DNA of 64,000 nucleotides, taken from assembly GCA_964504155.1 (NCBI GenBank), contig CAZDCZ010000003.1, positions 194 to 64,193 of the forward strand, in the 5' to 3' direction. The translations under genes were made by a program, and so were the position numbers. The DNA comes from an uncultured Bacteroidales bacterium. GTDB taxonomy: Bacteria; Bacteroidota; Bacteroidia; Bacteroidales; UBA12077. This document shows, piece after piece, positions 1-10,266 of the stretch; the first letter of the stretch is position 1; the number at the start of each line of letters is the position of its first letter. The notes beneath the pieces were generated by a model that worked only from the letters and a program-made list of their open reading frames with translations, did not search any database and was not told the origin of the DNA.

Positions 1-272
1 AATGAAATATTCAAGGTTTGGTGTATAAATACTAATTAATCTTTATTGTCAAGCAGAATGCAAAAGAATTAAGTACTTTATGTTAGAAAGATTAAAATAT
101 CTTACAAAACTGATAAAATAAGAATTTCATAAACAATAAAAGAATTTATAAAAGAAAGCCAGTAGATAGGACTGACAGTATTCGAAAATTACGAACAAAT
201 AACAAAATCGATTAAAAACACAACTTTTAAAAACATAAAATTATAAATTATGAAACAAATAAATCTATTTTT

Positions 273-1622
273 TTGTTGGTACTTGCATCCTTAAGTACAC
301 AATTTGTAAAAGCTCAGGAGACTCAATTAAAAATATCGGGAAAGTTACTAACCGACCAACGTGTTTTGCTTGAATCTCCAAATGATTGGGCTTGGAACGA
401 AAATCGTTTAACACTGAATTTTGAAAAAAAAATAACCGATAACTCTAAATTTTATAGCAAAGTATGGTTAAGAAATATAGGACTTCCAAACATTAATTCA
501 TCAGCCGATTTATATAATAAAAATATAGTCGACCCTTATAATCTTGAAGTAAGAGAAGCTTATGTTCAGTTATTTGGATTTTTAAACGAAAATCTTGATG
601 TAAAAATAGGACGTCAAAGAATTACTTGGGGTACAGCCGATAAATTAAATCCAACCGATAACTTAAATCCGTACGATATGGAAGATGTTTTGGATTTTGG
701 CCGTCATAGAGGTTCTGATGCTGTTAGTTTTGATTACTATTTTAATTCAGAATTTTCTTTGCAAGGAGCTTATATTCCATTTTTTCAACCTGCAAATATG
801 CCGATAGGAATTTTTGCTAACGCTCTAACACCAGCAATGGAATTGCCTCAAGGAATGATTTTAAGAGGTTTTAATAACCAAATAGAAATGCCAAAATATA
901 ATTTAAGCGAAAGTTCAACAGCAGGTTTAAAATTTAAAGGTTTTGCTGCCGGGTTTGATTTTTCGTTAAGCTATGTATGGGGCAGAGACGGAATGCCTAT
1001 AGGAATATACAATACCTTTACTCCTGTTGATGCATCAGGCGGAATAAACATAAATTCTGACTTGTCATTTTACAGAACACATATTTTCGGAGCCGATTTG
1101 GCAGGGAGTATCGGAGGTGTTGGCGTATGGGCAGAAGCAGCAGCTTTTTTACCAGAAAACAAAGTTATAATGACAAACGATTTGTCGGCCATGTATGCTT
1201 TGCCAATAGGTTCTGTAACACAAGATTCTGTAATGTTAAAGAAAGAAGCTTATGTAAAGTTTGTTTTAGGAGCTGATTACAACTTTGCCAATGGAACTTA
1301 TCTTAATGTACAATATTTGCACGGTTTTATAAATGAAAGAGGAACCGATAATTTAAACGATTATTTCTTTGTTCAATTAGAGCGAAAATTTATTGACGAC
1401 AAACTAAAAATAGCACCATTAACAGGTGGGTTTATCGTCTCAGACTGGAGTGATGTTGAAAATAATTATGCCTTAGTTTATGTTCCTGAAATATCGTATA
1501 TGGCAACCGATAATATCGAAATACTATTGTCAGCAGCTATATTTGATGGGAAAGGCGATAATATCTTTTCAGGATTAAAAGATTATAATCTGATGATGTT
1601 TAAATTAAAATATAGCTTTTAA
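273..1622 (+). CDS. Secreted outer-membrane beta-barrel protein (porin-like, DUF1302/alginate-export-like). The true start is probably the ATG at 250, separated by a 1-nt homopolymer frameshift.
   Basis: 449-codon ORF with a signal-peptide-like N-terminus ending VKA|QE. It has a beta-barrel style C-terminus (KLKYSF) and the motif GRQRITWGTADKLNPTDNLNP. The ATG at 250 reads MKQINLFF and then leaves the frame in the T7 run at 268-274. Confidence 0.6.
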   Translation: MLVLASLSTQFVKAQETQLKISGKLLTDQRVLLESPNDWAWNENRLTLNFEKKITDNSKFYSKVWLRNIGLPNINSSADLYNKNIVDPYNLEVREAYVQLFGFLNENLDVKIGRQRITWGTADKLNPTDNLNPYDMEDVLDFGRHRGSDAVSFDYYFNSEFSLQGAYIPFFQPANMPIGIFANALTPAMELPQGMILRGFNNQIEMPKYNLSESSTAGLKFKGFAAGFDFSLSYVWGRDGMPIGIYNTFTPVDASGGININSDLSFYRTHIFGADLAGSIGGVGVWAEAAAFLPENKVIMTNDLSAMYALPIGSVTQDSVMLKKEAYVKFVLGADYNFANGTYLNVQYLHGFINERGTDNLNDYFFVQLERKFIDDKLKIAPLTGGFIVSDWSDVENNYALVYVPEISYMATDNIEILLSAAIFDGKGDNIFSGLKDYNLMMFKLKYSF

Positions 1623-1700
1623 AAATAAATAATGGAAGAAGAAAGTATCTTGTTAAATTGCTTTTATTATGATATTTTCTTCAAAAAACATATTGTACAA

Positions 1701-1732
1701 AAAACCGTTCAAGAAACTTGAACGGTTTTTTT
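1701..1732 (+). terminator. Rho-independent terminator-like hairpin between the porin-like gene and tRNA-His
   Basis: Stem ccgttcaag (1705-1713) pairs with cttgaacgg (1717-1725) around a 3-nt loop. It is flanked by an A-run upstream and a T-run downstream, so it could act in both directions. Confidence 0.6.
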
Positions 1733-1735
1733 AAA

Positions 1736-1812
1736 GGGGTGAGAGATGGGATTCGAACCCACGACACCTGGTACCACAAACCAGTACTCTAACCAACTGA
1801 GCTACACTCACC
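1736..1812 (-). tRNA. tRNA-His (anticodon GTG)
   Basis: The reverse complement folds by hand into a cloverleaf. The D arm is GCTC/AGTTGGTTA/GAGT. The anticodon stem is CTGGT/ACCAG with loop TTGTGGT, giving anticodon GTG. The T arm is GTGGG-TTCGAAT-CCCAT. An encoded extra 5' G(-1) sits opposite C73, the hallmark of bacterial tRNA-His. There is one T-T mismatch in the acceptor stem, and the 3' CC is encoded but not a full CCA. Confidence 0.9.
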
Positions 1813-2014
1813 ATTTGTAATTAGGCTGCAAAGGTAAATAAGATTTTTTTATTTCAAAATAAAAAATGATATTTTTTAATCTTATTTTCCAGAGTAATTA
1901 ATACATGTTTTTAAAATTAATCATTATTACAAGCTAAGTGTGTTGATTTCTGAATTGTAAATTAAGAATATTGTTTATTTTATTAAAATACGATGATTTG
2001 AATTGAAAATCTGT

Positions 2015-2022
2015 TACTTTTG
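2015..2022 (+). promoter_or_regulatory. Candidate Bacteroidetes sigma-A -7 box (TAnnTTTG)
   Basis: TACTTTTG lies 43 nt upstream of the ATG at 2065, with a TTTG at 1997-2000. The motif is short and expected often by chance in AT-rich DNA. Confidence 0.35.
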
Positions 2023-2064
2023 CAATAAAATTTCACAAATTGCAATAACAATTTTTTAATATTA

Positions 2065-3408
2065 ATGTTAATTCGAAAAAAAAAAGCAAATAATACAATA
2101 GGTTTGCAAGTGTTTAACACCTTGCGCTTCGCTACTTTTCTTGTAATATCTATAGTTTTTACAAAAATTGGATTAACAAAAGAAGAAATTGGTTTATTCG
2201 AAGTTTCTGTTTTTATTGCTAGTGCTGCTAGTTCCTTTTGGGTAACAGGATTAATTCAATCATTTATTCCATTATATAATAATAGTTCTACTTTTGGGAA
2301 TAATTCTAACAATATTGATAAAAAATCACCCGAAATTTTTAATGCATATATCTTATTGCTCACTTTCAGTATTATAATTTTTATTATTGGTTTATCTGTT
2401 CAGAATAATTTTTCGGTTTTCGGACATAAAGGAAAAGTGCCATTGTTAAATGTAACCTTATGGTATTTCTTGTTAAGTAGTCCTGCTTGCTTGGTAGAAT
2501 ATATTTATATGTTAAGAAATCGTTCAAGTAATACAATTTTGTATGCTTATTTAACATATTCCTTACAACTTGTATTGGTTATTGTTCCCGCTTGGGCTGG
2601 TTATGGTGTTGTGTGGTCTTTGCGTGGATTAGTTTTAGTAGCAATTATCCGAAATATTTGGCTTTTTACCCTGTTGTATAATTACGCCGAATTTAAGATA
2701 TCTACTAAGTTTATTAAAGAACATCTAAAATTAGCAATACCTTTAATAATAAGTGTTTTTGTTAGCGGATCGGCACAATATATCGATGGAATTGTTGTGT
2801 CAACACATTATTCTGCCGATGGGTTTGCTATATTTCGTTATGGAGCTAAAGAACTGCCTTTTGTTGTTACGCTTGCTGCCGGATTAAGTAGTACTATGCT
2901 TGCAGAATTTTCTGTTAAAAATAAAATAAACGCCACTTTAAAAGAAATAAAAAAACGTTCGCTTAGAATAATGCATATCATGTACCCTATTTCTATCATT
3001 CTTTTATTTTTTGCTAAGCCTGTATTTATTAATATGTTTTCTGTTGAGTTTACACGAAGTGCCGACGTTTTTGTTATATATCTTTTAGCAATTTTTGGTC
3101 GTTTGCTTTTTCCACATACAATTCTTATAGGTCTAAAAAAAACAAAAATTATTCTAATTGTATCAATTATTGAATTTGTTGTCAACCTAGGTTTAAGTCT
3201 TTGGCTTGTAGAGATATACGGAGTTGTTGGAGTAGCTTTGGCTACAGTTATTGTTTATGTATTTTCAAAAGCATTATTAATAGCATATAATTATTTTGCA
3301 TTAAAAATAAAACCACAAGAATATATCCCTATTGGTTGGTATCTAATGTATAGCTCTGTTTTATTAATACTATTCGTTTTACTTGATCATGGAGTTATTC
3401 ATGTGTAA
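2065..3408 (+). CDS. Polysaccharide/oligosaccharide flippase family protein (MOP superfamily, Wzx/MurJ-like)
   Basis: 447 aa and hydrophobic throughout, with roughly 12-14 predicted TM helices. Size and architecture are typical of Wzx-type polysaccharide biosynthesis proteins. No motif-level confirmation was possible. Confidence 0.55.
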   Translation: MLIRKKKANNTIGLQVFNTLRFATFLVISIVFTKIGLTKEEIGLFEVSVFIASAASSFWVTGLIQSFIPLYNNSSTFGNNSNNIDKKSPEIFNAYILLLTFSIIIFIIGLSVQNNFSVFGHKGKVPLLNVTLWYFLLSSPACLVEYIYMLRNRSSNTILYAYLTYSLQLVLVIVPAWAGYGVVWSLRGLVLVAIIRNIWLFTLLYNYAEFKISTKFIKEHLKLAIPLIISVFVSGSAQYIDGIVVSTHYSADGFAIFRYGAKELPFVVTLAAGLSSTMLAEFSVKNKINATLKEIKKRSLRIMHIMYPISIILLFFAKPVFINMFSVEFTRSADVFVIYLLAIFGRLLFPHTILIGLKKTKIILIVSIIEFVVNLGLSLWLVEIYGVVGVALATVIVYVFSKALLIAYNYFALKIKPQEYIPIGWYLMYSSVLLILFVLLDHGVIHV

Positions 3409-3566
3409 TTTTTACGACAATATTTTCGATTTTAAATAGCGGTATATAATTTGATAAATACTTATGTCTTGAAAGAAATTTTCTGCGAATTAATTTTTAT
3501 AATCAGAAATGTTTAGTAAAGAACAAAAAATATTAAATATAAATTATCAATATTATTTTTTTTATT

Positions 3567-4334
3567 ATGAATATAGGAAGATCATCAAATCCTGCATTAA
3601 GCAGTAAGGTTTTTAACGAAAAAACTTATTCTTTGAGCGAAACAGGAACAATGACACTTGAAGGAACAATTAACAAAGCTCTGATAATGCTTGTGCTTGT
3701 TATACTTGGGGCATTTTATACATGGAAAATATTCTATAATGCCGATACCACAGCAATAGGAGCGTCTTTGGTTGGTAAATGGATTGCAATAGGAGGAATT
3801 GGAGGATTTGTAATGTCGTTAATTACAATATTAAAAAAAGAATGGGCGTATTTCTCTGCTCCATTATATGCCTTGCTCGAAGGTCTATTTTTAGGTGGAA
3901 TATCTGCTTTTTTTGAGAGCCAATATCCCGGTATTGTAATGCAAGCAGTTGCTTTAACTTTTGGTACTTTATTCGTATTGCTATTTGGATATAAAACCGG
4001 AGTAATTAAAGTTACACAAAAGTTTAAAGCCGGAGTAGTTGCCGCTACTGGAGCTGTTGCTTTAGTGTATTTTATATCGTTCATATTTTCTATGTTTGGC
4101 AGCCACTCTTTAATTATTAATAGCAATGGAATTATGGGAATAGGTATTAGCTTGGTGGTGGTTGTAATTGCTGCTTTAAATCTTGTTCTCGACTTCGATT
4201 TTATTGCAAAAGGCTCAGAAAATGGATTGCCTAAATATATGGAATGGTATTCTGCATTTGGCTTAATTCTTACTTTAGTATGGCTGTATATAGAATTTTT
4301 ACGATTGTTAGCTAAACTATCAAGTAGAAATTAG
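3567..4334 (+). CDS. Bax inhibitor-1-like (BaxI_1 / YccA-like) integral membrane protein
   Basis: 255 aa. The N-terminus RSSNPALSSKVF matches the SNPxx start characteristic of the Bax-inhibitor-1-like family. It is followed by about 6-7 TM helices. Confidence 0.65.
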   Translation: MNIGRSSNPALSSKVFNEKTYSLSETGTMTLEGTINKALIMLVLVILGAFYTWKIFYNADTTAIGASLVGKWIAIGGIGGFVMSLITILKKEWAYFSAPLYALLEGLFLGGISAFFESQYPGIVMQAVALTFGTLFVLLFGYKTGVIKVTQKFKAGVVAATGAVALVYFISFIFSMFGSHSLIINSNGIMGIGISLVVVVIAALNLVLDFDFIAKGSENGLPKYMEWYSAFGLILTLVWLYIEFLRLLAKLSSRN

Positions 4335-4442
4335 TATGATAAAAAATAAAATTGATAGTTTATTGTAAAATATCTTTTTTATAATTACTTTTTAGTTTAA
4401 GAATGTTTATTTTATAAGAATTGGTAATTAAATAAATTTTGT

Positions 4443-5915
4443 ATGAGTAAACTAGAAACATATTTCGATAAATTCAGAAAAAATATTGTAGGAATAGATT
4501 CAACATATATATCTCCTTTTGGAGAAATAAAAATTTTATATGCCGATTGGATTGCTAGTGGAAGATTATATAAGCCTATAGAAGATAAAATTGTGAAAGA
4601 ATTCGGACCGTTTGTCGCTAATACGCACACCGAAACTAGCGAAACAGGAACAAGAATGACTCATAGTTATCATCATGCACAAGAAATAATAAAAAATCAT
4701 GTAAATGCCGGACCAAATGATGTACTTATTCAGGCAGGATTTGGAATGACTTCAGTAATAAATAAGCTACAAAGAATTCTTGGTTTTAAATCGTGCGGAG
4801 TGCTAAATAATAAAATTTGTTTGCAAAAAATGGATCGTCCTGTTGTTTTTATTACTCATATGGAACATCATTCAAATCAAACATCTTGGTACGAGACTAT
4901 TGCCGAAGTTGTTATCTTAGAGCCCGATAACGACATGAGAGTTAACCCTGATGAATTAAGAAAACAACTAGAAAAATATAAAGATAGAAAAATTAAAATT
5001 GGTTCTTTTACCGCAGCATCTAATGTTACCGGAATTAAACCTCCTTATTATGAATTAGCAAAAATTATGCACGAAAATAATGGTTTGTGTTTTATCGATT
5101 TTGCTGCCGCAGCTCCTTATATTAATATCGATATGCATCCCAAAGACCCAATGATGAAGTTAGACGCGATATTATTTTCGCCTCATAAATTTTTGGGTGG
5201 CCCCGGAACTGCAGGAATTATGGTTTTCGATTCAGAATTGTATAATAACGATGTGCCGGATAATCCAGGTGGAGGAACTGTTGATTGGACAAATCGTTGG
5301 GGAGAACATAAATATATCGACGATATTGAAGCTCGTGAAGATGGAGGAACTCCCGGTTTCTTACAAGCTATAAGAACAGCTCTTGCTATTGAATTGAAAG
5401 AACAAATGGGAACAAAACAAATGTCTGAAAGAGAAAAAGAAATTATTCCTCGGGCTATATCGGGATTGAAAAAAATCGAAGGAATAAAAATTCTTGCCGA
5501 GAATATTCCTGAAAGAATAGGATCAATCTCTTTTTATCACAAGAAAATACATTTTAACTTTATTGTAAAATCATTAAGCGATAGATTTGGAATACAAGTT
5601 AGAGGAGGTTGTGCTTGCGCCGGAACATACGGACATTATATGTTACATGTTAGTAAAGAAGATTCTGATAATATTACTAGCCTTATTAATAGTGGCGATT
5701 TGTCGAAAAAACCCGGATGGATTAGGTGGTCGATTCATCCTACAACAAAAGATCAAGAAATAGATTATTTTGTTAATTCTGTTAGCGAAATAGTAAACAA
5801 CTATGATGAATGGATAAAAGATTATAATTATAATAAAACAAATAACGAATTCTTTCATAAAAAATTCGATTCTAAAAAATATTTCGATGTAAAAAACAGT
5901 TTTGTTCTTGATTAA
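4443..5915 (+). CDS. Aminotransferase class V-fold PLP-dependent enzyme (cysteine desulfurase/selenocysteine lyase-like)
   Basis: 490 aa. It has a fold-type I pattern with a PLP-lysine context (FSPHKFLGGPGTAGIMVF) and a late conserved RGGCACAG segment. Confidence 0.7.
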   Translation: MSKLETYFDKFRKNIVGIDSTYISPFGEIKILYADWIASGRLYKPIEDKIVKEFGPFVANTHTETSETGTRMTHSYHHAQEIIKNHVNAGPNDVLIQAGFGMTSVINKLQRILGFKSCGVLNNKICLQKMDRPVVFITHMEHHSNQTSWYETIAEVVILEPDNDMRVNPDELRKQLEKYKDRKIKIGSFTAASNVTGIKPPYYELAKIMHENNGLCFIDFAAAAPYINIDMHPKDPMMKLDAILFSPHKFLGGPGTAGIMVFDSELYNNDVPDNPGGGTVDWTNRWGEHKYIDDIEAREDGGTPGFLQAIRTALAIELKEQMGTKQMSEREKEIIPRAISGLKKIEGIKILAENIPERIGSISFYHKKIHFNFIVKSLSDRFGIQVRGGCACAGTYGHYMLHVSKEDSDNITSLINSGDLSKKPGWIRWSIHPTTKDQEIDYFVNSVSEIVNNYDEWIKDYNYNKTNNEFFHKKFDSKKYFDVKNSFVLD

Positions 5916-5979
5916 ACGATTTTTTCGATTAAAAACAAAAAATACTGATATATAATTTTGTATTTACTAGAACAATATG

Positions 5980-5987
5980 TAATTTTG
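5980..5987 (+). promoter_or_regulatory. Candidate -7 box (TAATTTTG) for rpmE
   Basis: TAATTTTG lies 60 nt upstream of the ATG at 6047. A second identical box sits at 5953-5960. Confidence 0.35.
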
Positions 5988-6046
5988 CAAACTATTAATT
6001 AATTGTCAAAATATTAAAGTATAGCATAATATAAAGGAGATATAAC

Positions 6047-6313
6047 ATGAAAAAGGAAATACATCCAGAAAATTATCGATTTGTTGTTTTTAAAGATATG
6101 TCAAACGAAGTGTCGTTTATTACTAAATCAACAGCATCGTCAAATGAAACTATTAAAATGGATGACGGTAACGAATATCCATTAATTAAGGTTGAGATTT
6201 CAAATACTTCTCATCCTTTCTATACAGGAAAGATGAAACTTGTTGATACTGCCGGACGTGTAGATAAATATATGAATAAATACAAGAAACACATTAATAA
6301 TAAAAGTAAATAA
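6047..6313 (+). CDS. rpmE: 50S ribosomal protein L31, type B (no CxxC zinc motif)
   Basis: 88 aa. [17 protein letters not shown]...HPFYTG is the L31 signature, and the zinc-binding cysteines are absent. Confidence 0.93.
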   Translation: MKKEIHPENYRFVVFKDMSNEVSFITKSTASSNETIKMDDGNEYPLIKVEISNTSHPFYTGKMKLVDTAGRVDKYMNKYKKHINNKSK

Positions 6314-6336
6314 TTTTTGATAAATAATTTATTTGG

Positions 6337-6363
6337 AGCTCCGATGATTCGGAGCTTTTTTTA
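6337..6363 (+). terminator. Rho-independent terminator after rpmE
   Basis: An 8-bp stem agctccga/tcggagct with loop tgat, followed by a run of 7 T. Confidence 0.75.
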
Positions 6364-6398
6364 TGTAAATTTGTCATGACAATTGTAAATTTATTATT

Positions 6399-7589
6399 AT
6401 GAATTATATTCTTTTCGACGACGATACTTGGGGCAATCTTTTACCATTAACTTTTACTCGACCTGTTGCTAAAATTAGATTCGGAATTTTAACCATATCT
6501 GAGAAATGGGAGAAATATTTGAATAAGAAAGTTTCGTTTTTGACAAAAGATTATTTGTCAAAAAAATTTCCTATAGAAATTAGTAATGATAATTTTTTTA
6601 TTAATAGTTCTGTAATTCCTAATACTGAACTTGTTGAAGAAATTAATCAGTTGAAAATAAATGAGTCACTTGTTCGTAACAATGTTCTATTAGCAAAACG
6701 ATTAGGGAAAAATATTACTGATTTTAATTATAAGAATTTTGATAATAATAATTCAAAAAAATACACAAAAGAAATATTTAAAATTAGTTTTCCTTGGGAT
6801 ATTTTTCAAAATAACGATAAAGCTATAGAGTTAGATTTTAAGATAATAACAAAAAAAAGAAAATCTCAAGCTATAAGTCAATCGAATAATATTATTTTTA
6901 AAGAAAATATTTTTATAGAAGAAGGCGCAAAAGTTGAATTTGCTACTATAAATGCAACTGATGGACCTGTATATATTGGTAACGATGCCGAGATAATGGA
7001 AGGATGCGTTGTGCGAGGCCCTTTAGCAATGTGCGAGCATTCTGTTTTAAAAATGTCGGCAAAAATATATGGAGCAACTACAATAGGTCCATATTCGAAA
7101 GTTGGAGGAGAAGTTAATAATGTTGTTATTATTGGATATTCAAGTAAAGCTCACGATGGATTTCTTGGGAATGCAGTAATTGGTGAATGGTGTAATCTTG
7201 GTGCAGATACAAATAACTCGAATCTGAAAAATAATTACGCCGAAGTGAAATTATGGAGCTATCCTGAAAATCGATTTGTAAAGACAGGTTTGCAATTCTG
7301 TGGACTTATTGTAGGCGATCATTCAAAATGCGGAATTAATACTATGTTTAATACAGGAACAGTAGTGGGTGTAAATTCAAATATTTTTGGAGAAGGATTC
7401 CCAAGAAATTTTATTCCATCGTTTTCATGGGGTGGAACAAGTGGGTTTAGCGAGTATTCTATTGGTAAAGCAATTGAAGTTGCTAGCAAAGTTATGAGCA
7501 GAAGAAATAAAAAATTTGATATTGTAGAACAAGAAATATTAGAAAAAGTGTTTGAAATAACTACAAAATACCGAAATTTCCATAAATAA
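6399..7589 (+). CDS. GlmU-family / putative sugar-phosphate nucleotidyltransferase with left-handed beta-helix C-terminal domain
   Basis: 396 aa. The C-terminal half shows hexapeptide-repeat periodicity (IGNDAEIMEGCVV..., IGEWCNLGADTNNSN, VGDHSKCGINT). Size and layout match the roughly 390-aa GlmU family proteins of Bacteroidetes. Confidence 0.65.
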   Translation: MNYILFDDDTWGNLLPLTFTRPVAKIRFGILTISEKWEKYLNKKVSFLTKDYLSKKFPIEISNDNFFINSSVIPNTELVEEINQLKINESLVRNNVLLAKRLGKNITDFNYKNFDNNNSKKYTKEIFKISFPWDIFQNNDKAIELDFKIITKKRKSQAISQSNNIIFKENIFIEEGAKVEFATINATDGPVYIGNDAEIMEGCVVRGPLAMCEHSVLKMSAKIYGATTIGPYSKVGGEVNNVVIIGYSSKAHDGFLGNAVIGEWCNLGADTNNSNLKNNYAEVKLWSYPENRFVKTGLQFCGLIVGDHSKCGINTMFNTGTVVGVNSNIFGEGFPRNFIPSFSWGGTSGFSEYSIGKAIEVASKVMSRRNKKFDIVEQEILEKVFEITTKYRNFHK

Positions 7590-7656
7590 CATATTTAATA
7601 AGTAAAGATTATTGTCTCTCGAGAATAGATAATGTTCTAAATATTTGTTTTAATAT

Positions 7657-7671
7657 TGGCACAGCGATTGC
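7657..7671 (+). promoter_or_regulatory. Sigma-54 (RpoN) -24/-12 promoter element upstream of lon
   Basis: TGGCAC-agcga-TTGCT matches the consensus TGGCAC-N5-TTGCW exactly. It is intergenic, in the correct orientation, and its -12 element lies 77 nt upstream of the lon ATG. Confidence 0.5.
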
Positions 7672-7747
7672 TTATATGAATTTGCAGTTCTTAGAGAATT
7701 GCTAGCTGACATATTGTCGTAATTAGTATAATATTTTTTAATATATA

Positions 7748-10210
7748 ATGGGTATAAAAAGAAAGAATAAAGGAATTTTTGCAGATATTTATCTTAGTAG
7801 TGATAATGAAAATAGTGGAGAGTTTATTCCGTTAATTGCAGATGAAAACGACGAAAATTTAAATTCGGATGATGTCCCAAAAGAATTACCTATTTTACCA
7901 TTAAGAAATACTGTTCTTTTCCCCGGCGTTATTTTACCAATAACAGTTGGTAGAGATAAGTCCATTCGTTTAATAAACGAGACTTATAAGAATGGTAAAA
8001 TAATTGGAGCTATTGCTCAAAAAGATGTTGAAAATGATGACCCTGAAATAGGCGATTTATATAATGTGGGTACTGTAGCTCAAATAATCAAAGTGCTTGA
8101 AATGCCCGATGGTAGTACGTCTGTTATTATTCAAGGGAAACGACGATTTGCATTAGACGATATGGTACAAGTAGAACCTTATCATAAAGCTAATATTACT
8201 TTAATAAAAGATACTGAAATAAACGACAAAAATAAAGAATTCGACGCAATTGTTGGTTCGCTAAAAGATTTATCATTAAAAATAATAAAGCTATCTACTA
8301 ATATACCAACAGAAACATCTTTTGCCGTTAGAAATATTGAAAATGCTAAATTTCTTGTAAATTTTATTAGTTCAAATAGCGATATAAAAATTGAAGATAA
8401 ACAGAAATTACTCGAAATAAATAATCTTAAGGATAGAGCTATTCGTTTACTTGAGCATTTATCTAAAGAGATACAAATGCTAGAACTTAAAAACGATATA
8501 CAGTCGCGAGTAAAAGTAGATATCGACAAGCAGCAAAGAGAATATTTGCTTCATCAACAAATGCGTACTATTCAAGACGAACTTGGAAGTAATCCGATAG
8601 ATATTGAAATCGAAGAATTCAAGAAAAAAGCTAAAGATAAAAAGTGGAATAAAGAAATAGCTGAAATTTTCGATAAAGAACTTGGTAAGTTGCAAAGATT
8701 AAATCCTGCTGCCGGAGAGTATTCTGTTCAACTTAATTATTTGCAAACATTAATAGATTTGCCTTGGAACGAATTTACTAAAGATAATTTCGATTTAAAA
8801 CGTGCTCAGAAAATACTCGATGAAGATCATTTTGGATTAGAGAAAGTTAAGGAAAGAATTCTTGAATATCTTGCAGTTTTAAAACTTAAAGGCGATTTAA
8901 AATCTCCTATATTGTGTTTATATGGACCTCCGGGTGTAGGAAAAACTTCGCTTGGAAAATCTATTGCTCATGCTCTCGACAGAAAATATATAAGAATGTC
9001 GTTAGGAGGTTTACACGACGAAGCAGAAATTCGTGGACACAGAAAAACCTATATCGGAGCTATGCCGGGTAGAGTAATTCAAAATCTAAAAAAAACAAAA
9101 TCATCAAATCCGGTGTTTATTTTAGACGAGATAGATAAGGTAGGAAACGATTCTCATGGAGACCCTGCTTCTGCTTTACTTGAAGTGCTTGACCCTGAGC
9201 AAAATAATTCTTTTCACGATAATTATCTCGACTTGGAATACGATTTATCAAATATTATGTTTATTGCAACTGCAAATACAATAAGTACAATTAATCCTGC
9301 TTTACGCGATAGAATGGAGATGATTAATATTAGTGGTTATATTGTTGAAGAAAAAATAGAAATTGCTAAAAAACATTTAGTCCCAAAACAATTAAAAGCT
9401 CATGGATTAAAAAAGACCCAACTTAATTTTACTAAAACAGCCTTAGAATATATTATTGAGAATTATACTCGCGAATCGGGTGTTAGAACATTAGACAAAA
9501 CAATTGCTAAAGTAATTAGAAATATTGCTAAGAAAATTGCTTTCGAAGAAAAATTTAACAAATCGCTAAATACGAACGATATTCGCGAAATATTAGGTTT
9601 CCCAACTGTTTTTAAAGAAATATACGAAGGGAATAAATTTGCAGGGGTTGTTACAGGTCTTGCATGGACTGCTGTTGGTGGAGAAATATTATTTGTCGAG
9701 AGTAGTTTAAGTAAAGGAAAAGGGAGATTAACATTAACCGGAAACTTAGGCGATGTGATGAAAGAATCTGCAACTTTAGCTCTTGAATTTATTAAATCGA
9801 AAGCTAATGCTTTGGAAATACCTCAAAAAATTTTCGATAATTACAATATTCATGTTCACGTTCCAGAAGGAGCCATCCCAAAAGATGGACCATCGGCAGG
9901 TGTTACAATGGTTACATCTTTGGTGTCTGCAATAACTCAGCGTAAAATAAAGAAAAACCTTGCAATGACAGGCGAAATAACTTTGCGTGGGAAAGTATTA
10001 CCTGTTGGAGGAATAAAAGAAAAAATACTAGCAGCTAAACGTGCCGATATTAAAGAAATAGTGTTGTCGTCGGAAAATAAAAATGATATAGAAAAAATTA
10101 AAGATATATACCTTAAGGGATTAAAATTCCATTTTGTTGTTGATATAATGGATGTTCTTGATGTTGCTCTTTTATCACAAAAAGTTGATAAACCAATGAA
10201 ATTTATATAA
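7748..10210 (+). CDS. lon: ATP-dependent Lon protease (endopeptidase La)
   Basis: 820 aa. Features are the Lon N-domain (LPILPLRNTVLFPGV), Walker A GPPGVGKTS, Walker B FILDEIDK and the catalytic Ser context KDGPSAGV. Confidence 0.97.
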   Translation: MGIKRKNKGIFADIYLSSDNENSGEFIPLIADENDENLNSDDVPKELPILPLRNTVLFPGVILPITVGRDKSIRLINETYKNGKIIGAIAQKDVENDDPEIGDLYNVGTVAQIIKVLEMPDGSTSVIIQGKRRFALDDMVQVEPYHKANITLIKDTEINDKNKEFDAIVGSLKDLSLKIIKLSTNIPTETSFAVRNIENAKFLVNFISSNSDIKIEDKQKLLEINNLKDRAIRLLEHLSKEIQMLELKNDIQSRVKVDIDKQQREYLLHQQMRTIQDELGSNPIDIEIEEFKKKAKDKKWNKEIAEIFDKELGKLQRLNPAAGEYSVQLNYLQTLIDLPWNEFTKDNFDLKRAQKILDEDHFGLEKVKERILEYLAVLKLKGDLKSPILCLYGPPGVGKTSLGKSIAHALDRKYIRMSLGGLHDEAEIRGHRKTYIGAMPGRVIQNLKKTKSSNPVFILDEIDKVGNDSHGDPASALLEVLDPEQNNSFHDNYLDLEYDLSNIMFIATANTISTINPALRDRMEMINISGYIVEEKIEIAKKHLVPKQLKAHGLKKTQLNFTKTALEYIIENYTRESGVRTLDKTIAKVIRNIAKKIAFEEKFNKSLNTNDIREILGFPTVFKEIYEGNKFAGVVTGLAWTAVGGEILFVESSLSKGKGRLTLTGNLGDVMKESATLALEFIKSKANALEIPQKIFDNYNIHVHVPEGAIPKDGPSAGVTMVTSLVSAITQRKIKKNLAMTGEITLRGKVLPVGGIKEKILAAKRADIKEIVLSSENKNDIEKIKDIYLKGLKFHFVVDIMDVLDVALLSQKVDKPMKFI

Positions 10211-10232
10211 ATCATTATAAAATAGAATGCTA

Positions 10233-10266
10233 AGGCTGTAGAAATATTATTCTGCAGCTTTTTTTG
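10233..10266 (+). terminator. Rho-independent terminator after lon
   Basis: Stem gctgtaga/tctgcagc (one G-T wobble) with an 8-nt loop, followed by T7. Confidence 0.7.
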
